From NCBI GenBank assembly GCA_030704615.1, contig CM060734.1, forward strand, positions 51,026,001-51,090,000: DNA of 64,000 bases, read 5' to 3'. The translations under genes and the position numbers were made by a program. How positions within the stretch are numbered: the stretch's first letter is position 1; every line of letters starts with the position of its first letter. The notes beneath the pieces were generated by a model that saw nothing but the letters and a program-made list of their open reading frames with translations, did no database searches and was not told where the DNA came from. The stretch comes from Takakia lepidozioides (Eukaryota; Plantae; Bryophyta). Shown here piece by piece: positions 1-10,397 of this stretch.

Positions 1-992
1 CATCCATGCCCACGGACTTCGGCCCCCCAGGTCTCCTTCGCTTCCCTGGGTGAGTGGGACCTACATCGTTCTCATCACTCTCGTCACCTACAGAACCCGA
101 GAACTCCATATTGCTTGCTGCCAAGTACAATTTCTGCAATCAGTGTTTGACGGGCTCCATAAACTCACCTATCCATCACGAAGCCTACCACTATGCACCC
201 GCAGAGCCCAGGAGCTGAGAAACACACATCCACTGTATGGCATTATTGCAAAGCTCCTAGCAGCATTGAAACCCAAGGAAGTGCCCTCCTAGCAAATGTC
301 AATTTACCACCCATGATATCACATAATATGACTAGTACATGGTTAGTCTATAGGCAGGACAGTTCAAAGCATGCTCTGACCACTAACGTGTGCTTGAGCA
401 TAAGATTCCCCCTACTGACTCCTAATGAAGGCAATCCTGCAGACAAAGTAGAAGGTGGCAACAACGCACCAGCACCTCGAGAGGGGGCCAACGCATCGAA
501 AAGGACACCCGGTTCACCCGTCCGGCTCTTGACATACCACTCCTGGAGAGCAAGGAAAACCTCCTTGTGGAAATTAGGGGGTAATCGCATTTTCTTCTTC
601 TCGTCACTCCCCAGTTGCCAGTATGATACCTGTCCCATAGGGTTCTGCTTCTCATAGTCACTTACCTTTTTGAAGCCCGCAGTGATGCCCTCCCACTTGT
701 CCTGGCATTGACCTGCACTCCGCTGCACACCTTGAGACCAACACCGGTCTTCCATCCATTTCCAACGCTCATGCGCTGACCTATGCTTTTCTCGATTCCC
801 ACCCTTGGATTGTCTCTCAAAATCCTCCCGCCTCACAGCCTGCAACACTAGTAGCTCCGACACAGTCCACATCCCTTTCTTGTAGTGCCGTATGTCATCA
901 TCACCTTGCAGCTCCTCTGGCATTGCCTCCTCCATGTTGATTGCATCCTTGTTGTCCAGAACTCCTGGTGTGTTTTCATCATGAGTAGCCAT
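1..992 (-). CDS. Trihelix (Myb/SANT-like, GT/ASR3-type) transcription factor, 3' end runs off window
   Basis: Trp-spaced trihelix domain: WTVSELLVL...RWKWMEDRCW...RSAGQCQDKWE...SYWQL...RLPPNF. Exon 1 is 992-470 (donor G|GTGCGT, phase 1). Exon 2 starts at 117 (acceptor TTGGCAG, phase-compatible; reads ASNMEFSGSVGDESDEND...KRRR). Confidence 0.85.
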
Positions 993-2932
993 AAGTTACC
1001 ACACAGACAGTGCCCACTTTTCAAGTGCTGTTAACTAGGTGAATCAGAGAAGCCAGGGGCTCACATGAGAGCTTCCAGATGAACTCCCAACACGGCTCCT
1101 TGTCACCCCAGCTTCCACCTCTGACGCTAATATTTTGTTGGGTCTGATGGCCCGTCTGCATTTAATGGCACTCCCGCCAAGCTCTAAACCACTGGTCTCT
1201 TAGGCTGACTGAACTTAAGCTCAGCTAAAAGCACAAGCCACCTCACAAAGAGATTAGATTTCAGGACGTAAAAATGGTCAGCGACACTCCCTCCACTTAG
1301 GCATGTCACCAATCCTCCATATGCTGGTCTGGGCTGCAGAAGACGACAGACTGGTCCCTCTCTGACCCTTTAATTTCTTATGCATAACACATACTGGAGC
1401 TTCCAATTGTGTCTGCTGTTGCCCCTCAGTTCTCACATGGTGGTAGCCTAGAACCCCCCTAAGAATGACATTATAAATGCTAATTGCCCACACTGAAGAC
1501 CTTCTCTGCTCTTTTGCATCCTCTGTGGACGTTGATACATCTGCTGCACGAGTCTGGCAACACCGTAAAGAAGATTGCACCTTCACCTGAACAAACCACA
1601 ACTGCTTGATCATTACACAAGAAGAACAGAAAAGAGTGAAGCATAAAGCTCACCTATGCAGTGCACTCTTTAGGTTTGTTCTACATGACAAGTCTGTAAT
1701 TCTCAGTTTCAGGGCACATGTACTAACTGTGCCGAAATGTCCGGGTTAACCGATGCTTCAATCAGTTTCCCTTCCCTCAGCATGCACCTCCCCCCTCACC
1801 CTTCTCCCTGGCAAAATCTTTCCTCCCTTGTACTTGGCCCCAGGGAGGGGTCTACTGCCTTGCATATTTCCCTCCCATTTTCCCCTTACATAAGAATCTA
1901 CTGGCTACTCTGAAAAGAAAAGGGATCCCTACCAACAGGAGTGCCCCACTTCACATATAGCAAGAGCTGTCCAGCTCATTTACAGGTCAACAGGGTTCAT
2001 GTGCTCTGGGTACTGACAAACATACAACCACTAAAACTCTTGTTGCCTATTTGCTCGGATTGTTTCGCAGTTGTTATGTTACTAAAGCAAACGTATTCCC
2101 ATTCCTGACAATTATGGCAACTCTGGACAGCCAACATTATGTGACAGGCAGAGTGTGTCTGTGTACAATTATAGGGCATACAGGGACCTAAGCATGGACT
2201 CCTAGACTCATCTGAATTGACAGGAGGACGTAAATTTATAGTAGAGAAGAGCATATCACTCATTGTATCAAATTTCTCATAGATGTGAAGAATCTTCTGA
2301 AGTCATTTCCTCATAGGTTCCAGCTGCGTTTCCCTGTTTGTTTGGACCACAGACGAGTCTGAGTGGAGGTAGTATGATGGCGCAAGGTCCCAGGGCCTGC
2401 CCATGTTTTATACCACAGACCATGCCCGATGATGGCCCTGATTTTGCCCCATGATATTCTGCTGTTGCCCCTCGGAAATTTAAGGCATGCCTTGGTATTA
2501 CATTGTGCAGGACCCCGTTCAAAGTGACTCTAACCTTTCTACAGCTTCAAGAAGTATACTCACACTGAGTAAACTGCTGGTGCAGGTTGAACTTAACACA
2601 CCTTATTTCCAGCCGTGATGATGCTGGTTTCCCAAATGTCTCCTTTAAGCTGTGCCAGTTCAAAAACCACTGGCCCCTGTACTACAGAATATTGCGGCAG
2701 AATGTGCGAAAAGTGGATATTGCAGGTAAGCTTCTTCCTAATAAACCGCTGCACTTTTCTCCTACACTACCTTCCGAGAAAGAAACCAATCATAATGCAC
2801 AATAAAATCCCGCACTTTTCATAGATCTGCGTGCACGCAATCCCCTGAAAAACTCCTGCGCATCGAAATGCCCATAAACCCTAACCCTTACCCTACACCT
2901 TAAATGCACTAAAAACTCAGAAGATGCAGGCC

Positions 2933-3163
2933 CTATCCGAAGAGGAGCTTACAACTGATGGCAACGACATTCATTACAACAAGAGGCACCCTCATGTAAC
3001 GAACGGCATGCAAGAAGCCCAGAATTTGTGCCTTCAAACTCACTACCCTCCCCCCCTCTGACACGCTCGAGAAGCCCCATCCATAAGGTCCCAGAAAGCG
3101 CTCCTCGTTCAACACGGCCAGTGCATTCACGAGCAGCAATAGCACCTCCACAATCTCCCACAT
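2933..3163 (-). CDS. YOS1: Yos1/IER3IP1-like ER-Golgi transport protein (76 aa)
   Basis: Signature LLLVNALAVLNEERFL...GW...SLKAQI...AVRYMRVPL...KLLFG with two hydrophobic segments; intronless. Confidence 0.9.
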   Translation of the reverse strand: MWEIVEVLLLLVNALAVLNEERFLGPYGWGFSSVSEGGRVVSLKAQILGFLHAVRYMRVPLVVMNVVAISCKLLFG

Positions 3164-5288
3164 TTCTCCTTCCTCCCTCTCTCTCTCTCTCCCTCCCTCG
3201 TCTATGCAGGCTCCCTTTCCTGGGTCGACCGCCGTTTACGCAGGCCACCCGTTCCTCGAGCTTGGATGAAGAGCGTCAGACATCCAAAAACGCAAACGAA
3301 CGTCTGCTCCGCAGCTGTGTATGGATGAATGTGAACCACCTGCCGATGGATGAATAACGGGTGACCTGGTGGAAGGATCGTCGTTCTCAGGAGCGTGAAG
3401 GGCCACCTGCTGAGCCGCCATGGCAGCTCGCACAGGGCTCTTGGGTCTCGTCGTTGCTCGGACCTGCGCTGTAGGCAGAGCTCGAGACAGACGACAAGGA
3501 GGAGGAGAAAAATAGTGAGGAATCGAGGCGTCGCCACCTGCATATGTGTGCGACTCTTGCAGATCAAAGATCTGCAATCCATTTGTGCAGCTTCCCTGGG
3601 GTTGTGATGGAGGAATTTCAGAATCCAGGAACGCTGGTTCCTTCTGAGCATCCAAACAATGGTTGCATTCAACTTGGGAGCTCTTGTAGTTTTGACTCTG
3701 TCAAATATCCAGATTTGAGAGAATGGAAGAACGAGCATCTACATATACAGCGTGCTTGGACGTCAAATCTCTCCAACACGAAGCAGGGTTCTTCATTCTA
3801 CTCTTGGATTCTACTCATGGTGGAGCGGGGGCTCATCAGATCAATGAATTTCATCCTTGTCAACAGCAGGTACATGACCTTAGGGTAGGGTTTATGCAAG
3901 CTAAACTTTGAGGGTACGATAGAGAAAGTAGGTGGTGGTGGTGGGCCGGTATGGTGTGGTGGATCAAGCAGGAGAATCAGATCTATGGCAATGGCTAGCT
4001 GGACAGTCGCCAACACCTCCTAACCCTGCTACAAACTGAATCTCTCACGAGTTCTCATGGAGAAAATGGGTAAAATGAGTATGTACAGCAGCATCTTCTG
4101 TGGTTTAATCCAAGACCATTTGCAGACCATCCACATCTTCCATGCTGCTGGTGAACAGTTTTTATTGGCACTACATTCAGAGAGACTGCTTACACAGTTG
4201 CCTCGTCAGAGCAAGGGTACCTCCAGGCCAGCCTTGGGTCCGAGGCTGGACGCAAGACAAGTGGGCTACACCATGAGGATTCACCATGAGGATTAGTCGT
4301 TGTCATGGAAAGCAGATTGACAGTCTTCCCATCATGAAGAGAATATCAGGCTTACACAGCTCCTGTTACATCAATATATTTGTTATGGTATCTCAAGCAT
4401 TCTTTGCGATACATAAGGTAAGTCAGTACATGTAGACTCTTTTAACTGTCAGTTAACAATGAACACAAGGTCCATAATTGGTACTCTTCAGGCACAACAA
4501 CTTGTGGGACTGACTCATTCTTTAGAGACTCAAATAAAGCTGAAGGATAACTTGCATGACGATATAGCTTGCAAGTTTGGCTAGGTATTATATGACCAGC
4601 TTACCTAATGGGTAATTCAATCTGCTCACAATAAATTTAGAAACATATCATGTGTCACCACCCATGGTGAGATAAAGAGTCCCACATGAGCTGCTTGTTT
4701 CAAAGAATTACTACAACAACCCCATAATCTATGGTGCTAGTAGTACAAAGATATCTGCATGCTTGCATCCAAGAGACAGCTGCACACCAAGTTCATGCCA
4801 TCTATATGCGGTAATGTTGAGGTACAAGCTCCAAACTCAATGAATGATTCCAGCATGAAGGCTGGACCAACAAACTGCGGAAGCTCGAGTTTGAAGTTTG
4901 AAGTCCACATCTGTCACATGAACAGATACCTCTTTTTTAATCTGTGCACCAGTTCTGGAAGGTTCACCCCACTGGGATATCATTCTCAAGCAGAAATGCA
5001 GCACCAGTGAGCTCAGTGGCAAGTATGGAATCACCCATGGGTCTGCAAATATGCATGAGAAAGAAAACACCATTGGCTGTTTCCTGCAACCATTGGAAAA
5101 ACATACATTGAGAGCATCATCCTTGCAAGAAGCTGACCCTCCCAGGAGCCAGTTGTGGGAATTCATTCCACAGGGCAAGAGAGCACATAGCATTGACCTT
5201 AAGAGAAAAGAGAAGATTTGAGACCAGCACGTCAGGCATGGACGTCCCAATCAACGGAAGATTAGGTTTCTCCATTGTTCACAAATTC

Positions 5289-8042
5289 TCACCAATAGTC
5301 CCCACAAGAACATACTCCATTCTCAAACCGATGGAAGCGAGTGGCATCTCTTGCAACAATTTCTCGTCCAACAATCTTCGAAATGAACTTAGTAGCAGAG
5401 TGGCAATCATGACACACCCGAAGGTTCTTTATTATGCGGATGGGTGTCCCAGGGGGCGTGCTAATGAGCCCAAAAGCAATGGCCAGCTTTTCACTATGGT
5501 AGCACACAGCCTGCTCCTTTGTCTGCTGATCCACATCATGTAAGATCAAGCGTGTATCTGGTACATATCCTGCCTCCTTCATCTGCCTAGTCAATCCCTC
5601 CAGCTCAGAATAGATTTCCTGTGTGTGTGTGTGAGACCTGTCTCCTACAACAAAGGCATGTACCTTTTTATTCACCTCAATCCAGCTGCGCCCTGGCTCC
5701 TTTCTCACATTTCTGTCATCCATCACTTTCCTCACCTTTGCTACAGCCTCCCACCTGCCAACCGTCGCATAGATGTTTGAAAGCAGCACATAAACGGCAG
5801 AATTATGTGCATCCAACTTCAAAATATTTTCAGCAGCACGCTCTGCTAATACCACATTGCCATGTGTTCTGCATATACCAAGAACAGCCCACCAGACTGG
5901 AACACCTGGTTCAAATGGCATTTTGTTGATTAAGTCCTCTGCTTCATCCAAGCGGCCTGCACGGCCAAGAAGGTCAACCATGCAACCATAGTGCTTGTCC
6001 GTTGGTGTGATATTATAGACTCCACTCATCAAAAGGAAATAATGATGGCCTTCATCCACTAGACCTACATGGCTGCATCCAGAGAGAATGGCAATAAAGG
6101 TGGCTTCATTTGGCTTCACCCCTTCCTCTTGCATCTCTTCAAAGAGGCGGAGGGCCTCCTTACCAAGCCCATGCTGGGCATATCCTGCAATCATCACATT
6201 CCATGAGACCGCTTCTCGTTTGAGAATCTTGTCAAACACTTGTCGCGCATCTGCCACACTCCCACACTTTGCATACATGTTGACAAGGGCATTCTCCACA
6301 CAGACATCGGACTCAAATCCAGACTGTATGCTGTTGGCATGGACCCACTTGCCCTCTTCCAGGGCTGCTAGGGTGGCACACACATTGAGGACACTCATGA
6401 AAGCAACTTTGTCAGGCTTAATGCCATCTTGTTGCATTTGTCGAAAGTATTCGAAGGCCTCCTCAGCCTCACCATGCTGAGCAGTTCCTGAAATCATTGC
6501 AGTCCAGGAAAACACATTGCATTCAGGCATATTGAAGAACACTTGGCGTGCATTTGCCAGACTCCCACACTTGCAATACATGCAGACAAGGGCAGTCCCC
6601 ACATGGACATCTGCCTCAAATCCAGCTTTGATGATGCCTTTGTGGACCTGCTTGCCCTGTTCTAAAGCTCCTGGAATGGCACATGCATTGAGGAGGCTAA
6701 TGAAAGTGACCTTGTTGGGCTTCACGCCTTCTCCTTCCATTTGCATGAAAAGTTCAATAGCCTCCTCAACATCCACTTGCTGAGCAAGACCTCCAATCAT
6801 TGCATTCCATGAGACCACATTTCGTTCAGGCATTTTCAAAAACACTTGGCGCGCATCCACCACACTGCCGCATTTGCAATACATGCTGATGAGAGCAGTT
6901 GCCACTCGGACATCTGACTCAAATCCAGCATTGACAATGTCCATATGGAGCAGCTTGCCCTCTTCCAGGGCTGCTGGGCTGGCACATGCCTTCAGGATGC
7001 CGATGTAAGCGACCTTGTCTACCCTCATACCTTCTTGTTTCATTTGCTGAAAGAGTTTGAAAGCCTCCTCCCTATGATGAGAAGATCCTGCAATCATTGC
7101 AGTCCATGCAACCATATCTCGCTTAGGCATATTGTCAAACACTCTGCGGGCATCCATAACACTCCCACATTTGCAGTACATGCTGACAAGCGCAGTTGCC
7201 ACTCGGACATCAGACTCAAAGCCAGCTTTGATGATGTCTGCATGGAGCTGCTTGCCTTGTTCCAAGGCTGCTGGGCTGGCACACGCATTCAGGATACTCA
7301 TGAAAGTGAACAAATTTCTTTCAGGCATTTTGTAAAACACGCTACACCCATCTACCAGACTCCCACACCTGCAGTACATGCAGACAAGGGCAGTCCCAAC
7401 TCGGATATCTTTCTCCAACCCAGATTTGATGATGCTCGCATGGAACATCCTGCCCTGTTCCAGGTGTACTGGGCTGGCGCATGCGTTAAGTATGCTCAGG
7501 AACGTGATATTGTTTGGCTTCACACTTTCTTGTTGCATTTGCTGAAAGAGTTCAAAAACCTCTTCACAACGTCCTTGCTCAGCCAATCCTGCGATCATCG
7601 CGTTCCATGATATCACATTCCTTTTAGGCATTTGGGAGAAAACTCGCCGTGCGTCAACAAGACTCCCGCACTTCATGTACATGCTTATGAGGTGGTTTCC
7701 TAGGAAGATGGCTGGCTCATATCCACTATTGATGATGTGTGCATGGACCTCCTTGCCACCTGCCAGTGCCTTCCTCTTAGCACACTCCTGCAAGAGAGAA
7801 GCACAGCTCCCTGTGTATGCCTCAAAACCTTGTTGTTTCATCATATCCAAGAGGTGCACTGCCTCCTCCAATTTTCTCTCCTTACGCACTGTGCTCACAT
7901 CCCTGCTAGTTCTCCAAGTGTCCTTCTTGTCCCTTGGTCTTTGCCCTGCATTAGAAATAGTGGTAATGCTGCGAATGCCAAAATACAAACCCTTGCCCCA
8001 ATTCTGAATTCCAAGGAATTGTGCACGATTCAGCCCCACCAT
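5289..8042 (-). CDS. PLS-class PPR protein with E/E+/DYW (PG-type) cytidine deaminase domain; organellar C-to-U RNA editing factor
   Basis: Intronless ORF, first ATG at 8042. L-S-P triplets, PG box (PGRSWIE), HSEKLA, CHDCH and terminal CSCGDYW. The N-terminus is Arg/Ser/Thr-rich, like a transit peptide. Confidence 0.96.
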   Translation of the reverse strand: MVGLNRAQFLGIQNWGKGLYFGIRSITTISNAGQRPRDKKDTWRTSRDVSTVRKERKLEEAVHLLDMMKQQGFEAYTGSCASLLQECAKRKALAGGKEVHAHIINSGYEPAIFLGNHLISMYMKCGSLVDARRVFSQMPKRNVISWNAMIAGLAEQGRCEEVFELFQQMQQESVKPNNITFLSILNACASPVHLEQGRMFHASIIKSGLEKDIRVGTALVCMYCRCGSLVDGCSVFYKMPERNLFTFMSILNACASPAALEQGKQLHADIIKAGFESDVRVATALVSMYCKCGSVMDARRVFDNMPKRDMVAWTAMIAGSSHHREEAFKLFQQMKQEGMRVDKVAYIGILKACASPAALEEGKLLHMDIVNAGFESDVRVATALISMYCKCGSVVDARQVFLKMPERNVVSWNAMIGGLAQQVDVEEAIELFMQMEGEGVKPNKVTFISLLNACAIPGALEQGKQVHKGIIKAGFEADVHVGTALVCMYCKCGSLANARQVFFNMPECNVFSWTAMISGTAQHGEAEEAFEYFRQMQQDGIKPDKVAFMSVLNVCATLAALEEGKWVHANSIQSGFESDVCVENALVNMYAKCGSVADARQVFDKILKREAVSWNVMIAGYAQHGLGKEALRLFEEMQEEGVKPNEATFIAILSGCSHVGLVDEGHHYFLLMSGVYNITPTDKHYGCMVDLLGRAGRLDEAEDLINKMPFEPGVPVWWAVLGICRTHGNVVLAERAAENILKLDAHNSAVYVLLSNIYATVGRWEAVAKVRKVMDDRNVRKEPGRSWIEVNKKVHAFVVGDRSHTHTQEIYSELEGLTRQMKEAGYVPDTRLILHDVDQQTKEQAVCYHSEKLAIAFGLISTPPGTPIRIIKNLRVCHDCHSATKFISKIVGREIVARDATRFHRFENGVCSCGDYW

Positions 8043-8249
8043 CCTGCACAACTCAAAACTCTTATTTACAAACCTTAAAGCTACATTTCACGTAGCTGAT
8101 GTACTTTAGAGAACTGTACTGATTCTATCTGTTTTAGATGGAAACCTTGAATCATTGTCAACATAACTTAACCATTTCACAATACTACTCCCATCATCTA
8201 CTTTGAGACAAAACTGCACCTGTTGAGTTGGAACACTTAGATCATCAAC

Positions 8250-10040
8250 AAAACAATACCCGTTGAGCTTCATGATGCCCATCCACATCAGAACCATCAT
8301 CATATTGGGCTCGACCTTGTATCATGGCAGAGAGCTCTGCTTTCACCTGAGGAGGCTTCAACCAATCCTCGATCCTCCAAAAAACGTCCTTTCTGCGCTT
8401 ATGTCTGAAGTCCGGTGATCTTGGACTTTCATGTGAAACCACCTGTGGGCGGCTGAGCAACCATCTTCGTGCCACTTCTTTGGCAATGAAACGCAAAATC
8501 GACATTAAGTTACTATTCAGCCCACCAAGCAACATGATGCCAGCTCCAGTCCTCCTTGATGATCTCCTTCACGGCTTCAATGGAGATAGCCCCACCTTAT
8601 CAAACCTGTTGCCCCACCACTGCCAAGGCTCAGAAGAACTCCGGCCATAGCTGTTCCTTGCTTATTTCTTTATCCACGACCAGAACTGCAAGCTTTAAAC
8701 AATAAACAGATGCAGAGAGGAAAGGGAGCTTGTCCGTGCCTCATGTGTGAGTGTCTGTCATACATTTGGGGATGGCAGCTCTTCCAGCATTCTCCTGACT
8801 ACTCATGCAGAATCCACACCCAAGGCTGTCTTCTTGTTTCTGTATGCGAGCACCTCACGGATGCCATTCAAATTAGGTCCTAACACCAAACACTTTGCGG
8901 TTTCTTTCGTGAGGTCGCTGTGTTGTGTGCGCCCTAGTTGAACTGTGTTTTCAGCAATTCAGGAGAAACAAATGTACTCTGGGCAAAGATGCAAGAAAGC
9001 AAAGGAGATGGTAGACAAGGCCGACAATTGGTACATCTGGCACATATGTCAATGCGGGAGCATGGAACAGCGCTGGCAGCAGTAGATCCTTCACAATGGT
9101 GGGACTGCAGCGTTGCCAAGGTGAGCTTTCTTCAGAAGGAGACAGGGAGTTTAACTGAAATATACAGTCTTCACATCCCATTCTTTGCATAAAATTCCTG
9201 CAGCAAAATTTGAACCATTCAGCAACAAAGCAGGGATGTATGAGAGTCTAGATGAATGATGGTGCTAAGAGAACCAATTCACACGACAACTGGGATGCTC
9301 CAGACCGAAATGATCAATGTGAGATGACAGTTGTGAGAGAAATGGGACGTACCAGCTGGAGAATCCTTTGTTGACAGCTACCTTCATTCGTAATCCGTCT
9401 AGAAGATCACCACTTATGTCACCTGCCCAAACTCATCCACTTCTTCTTCATTAGATATCATGGAAGAGCCTGCCCCAGACCTGCTGATACAAACGGACGA
9501 TAGGTCATTGAAGAGACAGATGTTCTTATCAATGGATTGCGTAAGAGCTTAAAACAGACGAAGCATTTACAGACTATAATAGCTCCACCCGCTTAGATAC
9601 TGATCATTGCTCTCTGGAAGGTTTCCGTCAATGTCATTAATCCCCCACAGAAATCCCAAGGGCCAAAGCAATCCAAGGCAAACTGCCACGTAAATACGTT
9701 TGTGAACACACGAACCGCGACCCCATCAACTTCCAATTCAAAAAAACAGGGCACGACCTAATGGGTTCACATTCCCCAAGAGACAGTTAGATGGACACCA
9801 GGCTGCCTCACAAGTAAACAAAGTTAAAAGTTCTGTCCAGAATGTATGACTTGCTCTCACAGGGTGCAAGATTTCTCACCTCAAGGAAGATGCCGTGGGG
9901 GCACGATTTGGTAAGATCAAAGGCAGAAGTTATGTCGGAATCCAGGTCCGATATCGACAGGAGGAGCGGTCGCACCAGGTACCAATACTTATCCAGGCCC
10001 TGCTCTTTCTGCAGCTTGCTCCGGCTCCTCGAACCTGAGC
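8250..10040 (-). pseudogene. Possible degenerate multi-exon gene of unknown family
   Basis: Exon-like blocks flanked by GT/AG sites (donor GAG|GTGAGA ~9880, CTG|GTACGT ~9352, acceptor TTGCAG ~8686). Frames look protein-like but are broken by stops (e.g. VDSA*VVRRMLEEL). Confidence 0.25.
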
Positions 10041-10397
10041 TTAATTCTGACTGCCTTACCTAGTACTCTCCATTGAACAATCCCGTCACAGACCACACAC
10101 CCACTTTGCTCTCCCAGGCTCCCACCTCACAAACATCATGAGGTCATTAAAAGGAATCAAACACCCGTGCTCGTCTAGTTAGCAGCATAATTCAATGCTT
10201 CATGTGCATAGATCGCTTCCAGAGCGCCTTATGTGTAGTGTGAAGCGGGGGAAACAGGAAATGTATTGAGAACAGTCATCATCCTGATGGAACTATTGGA
10301 AACTTGGGGAGCACGAACGGGAACGTAGGATTGCATTCCTGGAGTGGTTGAGGTGGCTATGGTGCTGTGGTGGTGCAAGGAAAGGTGAGCGTGGGTC

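Noticed and set aside
2871-2898. Interstitial telomere
   Set aside because: One telo-box plus degenerate units; too short.
3395-4296. Glycosyltransferase (ALG2/ALG11-like) gene suggested by the ILVNS motif
   Set aside because: Only a 5-aa resemblance, no other motifs and no coherent exon chain.
5289-5700. U-to-C (KP-type) DYW domain
   Set aside because: It has the PG box, HSEKLA and terminal DYW of canonical C-to-U enzymes.
5621-8078. Plus-strand ORFs overlapping the PPR gene (and similar ones at 43920-44852 and 50310-52106)
   Set aside because: Antisense or alternate-frame shadows of real coding sequence.
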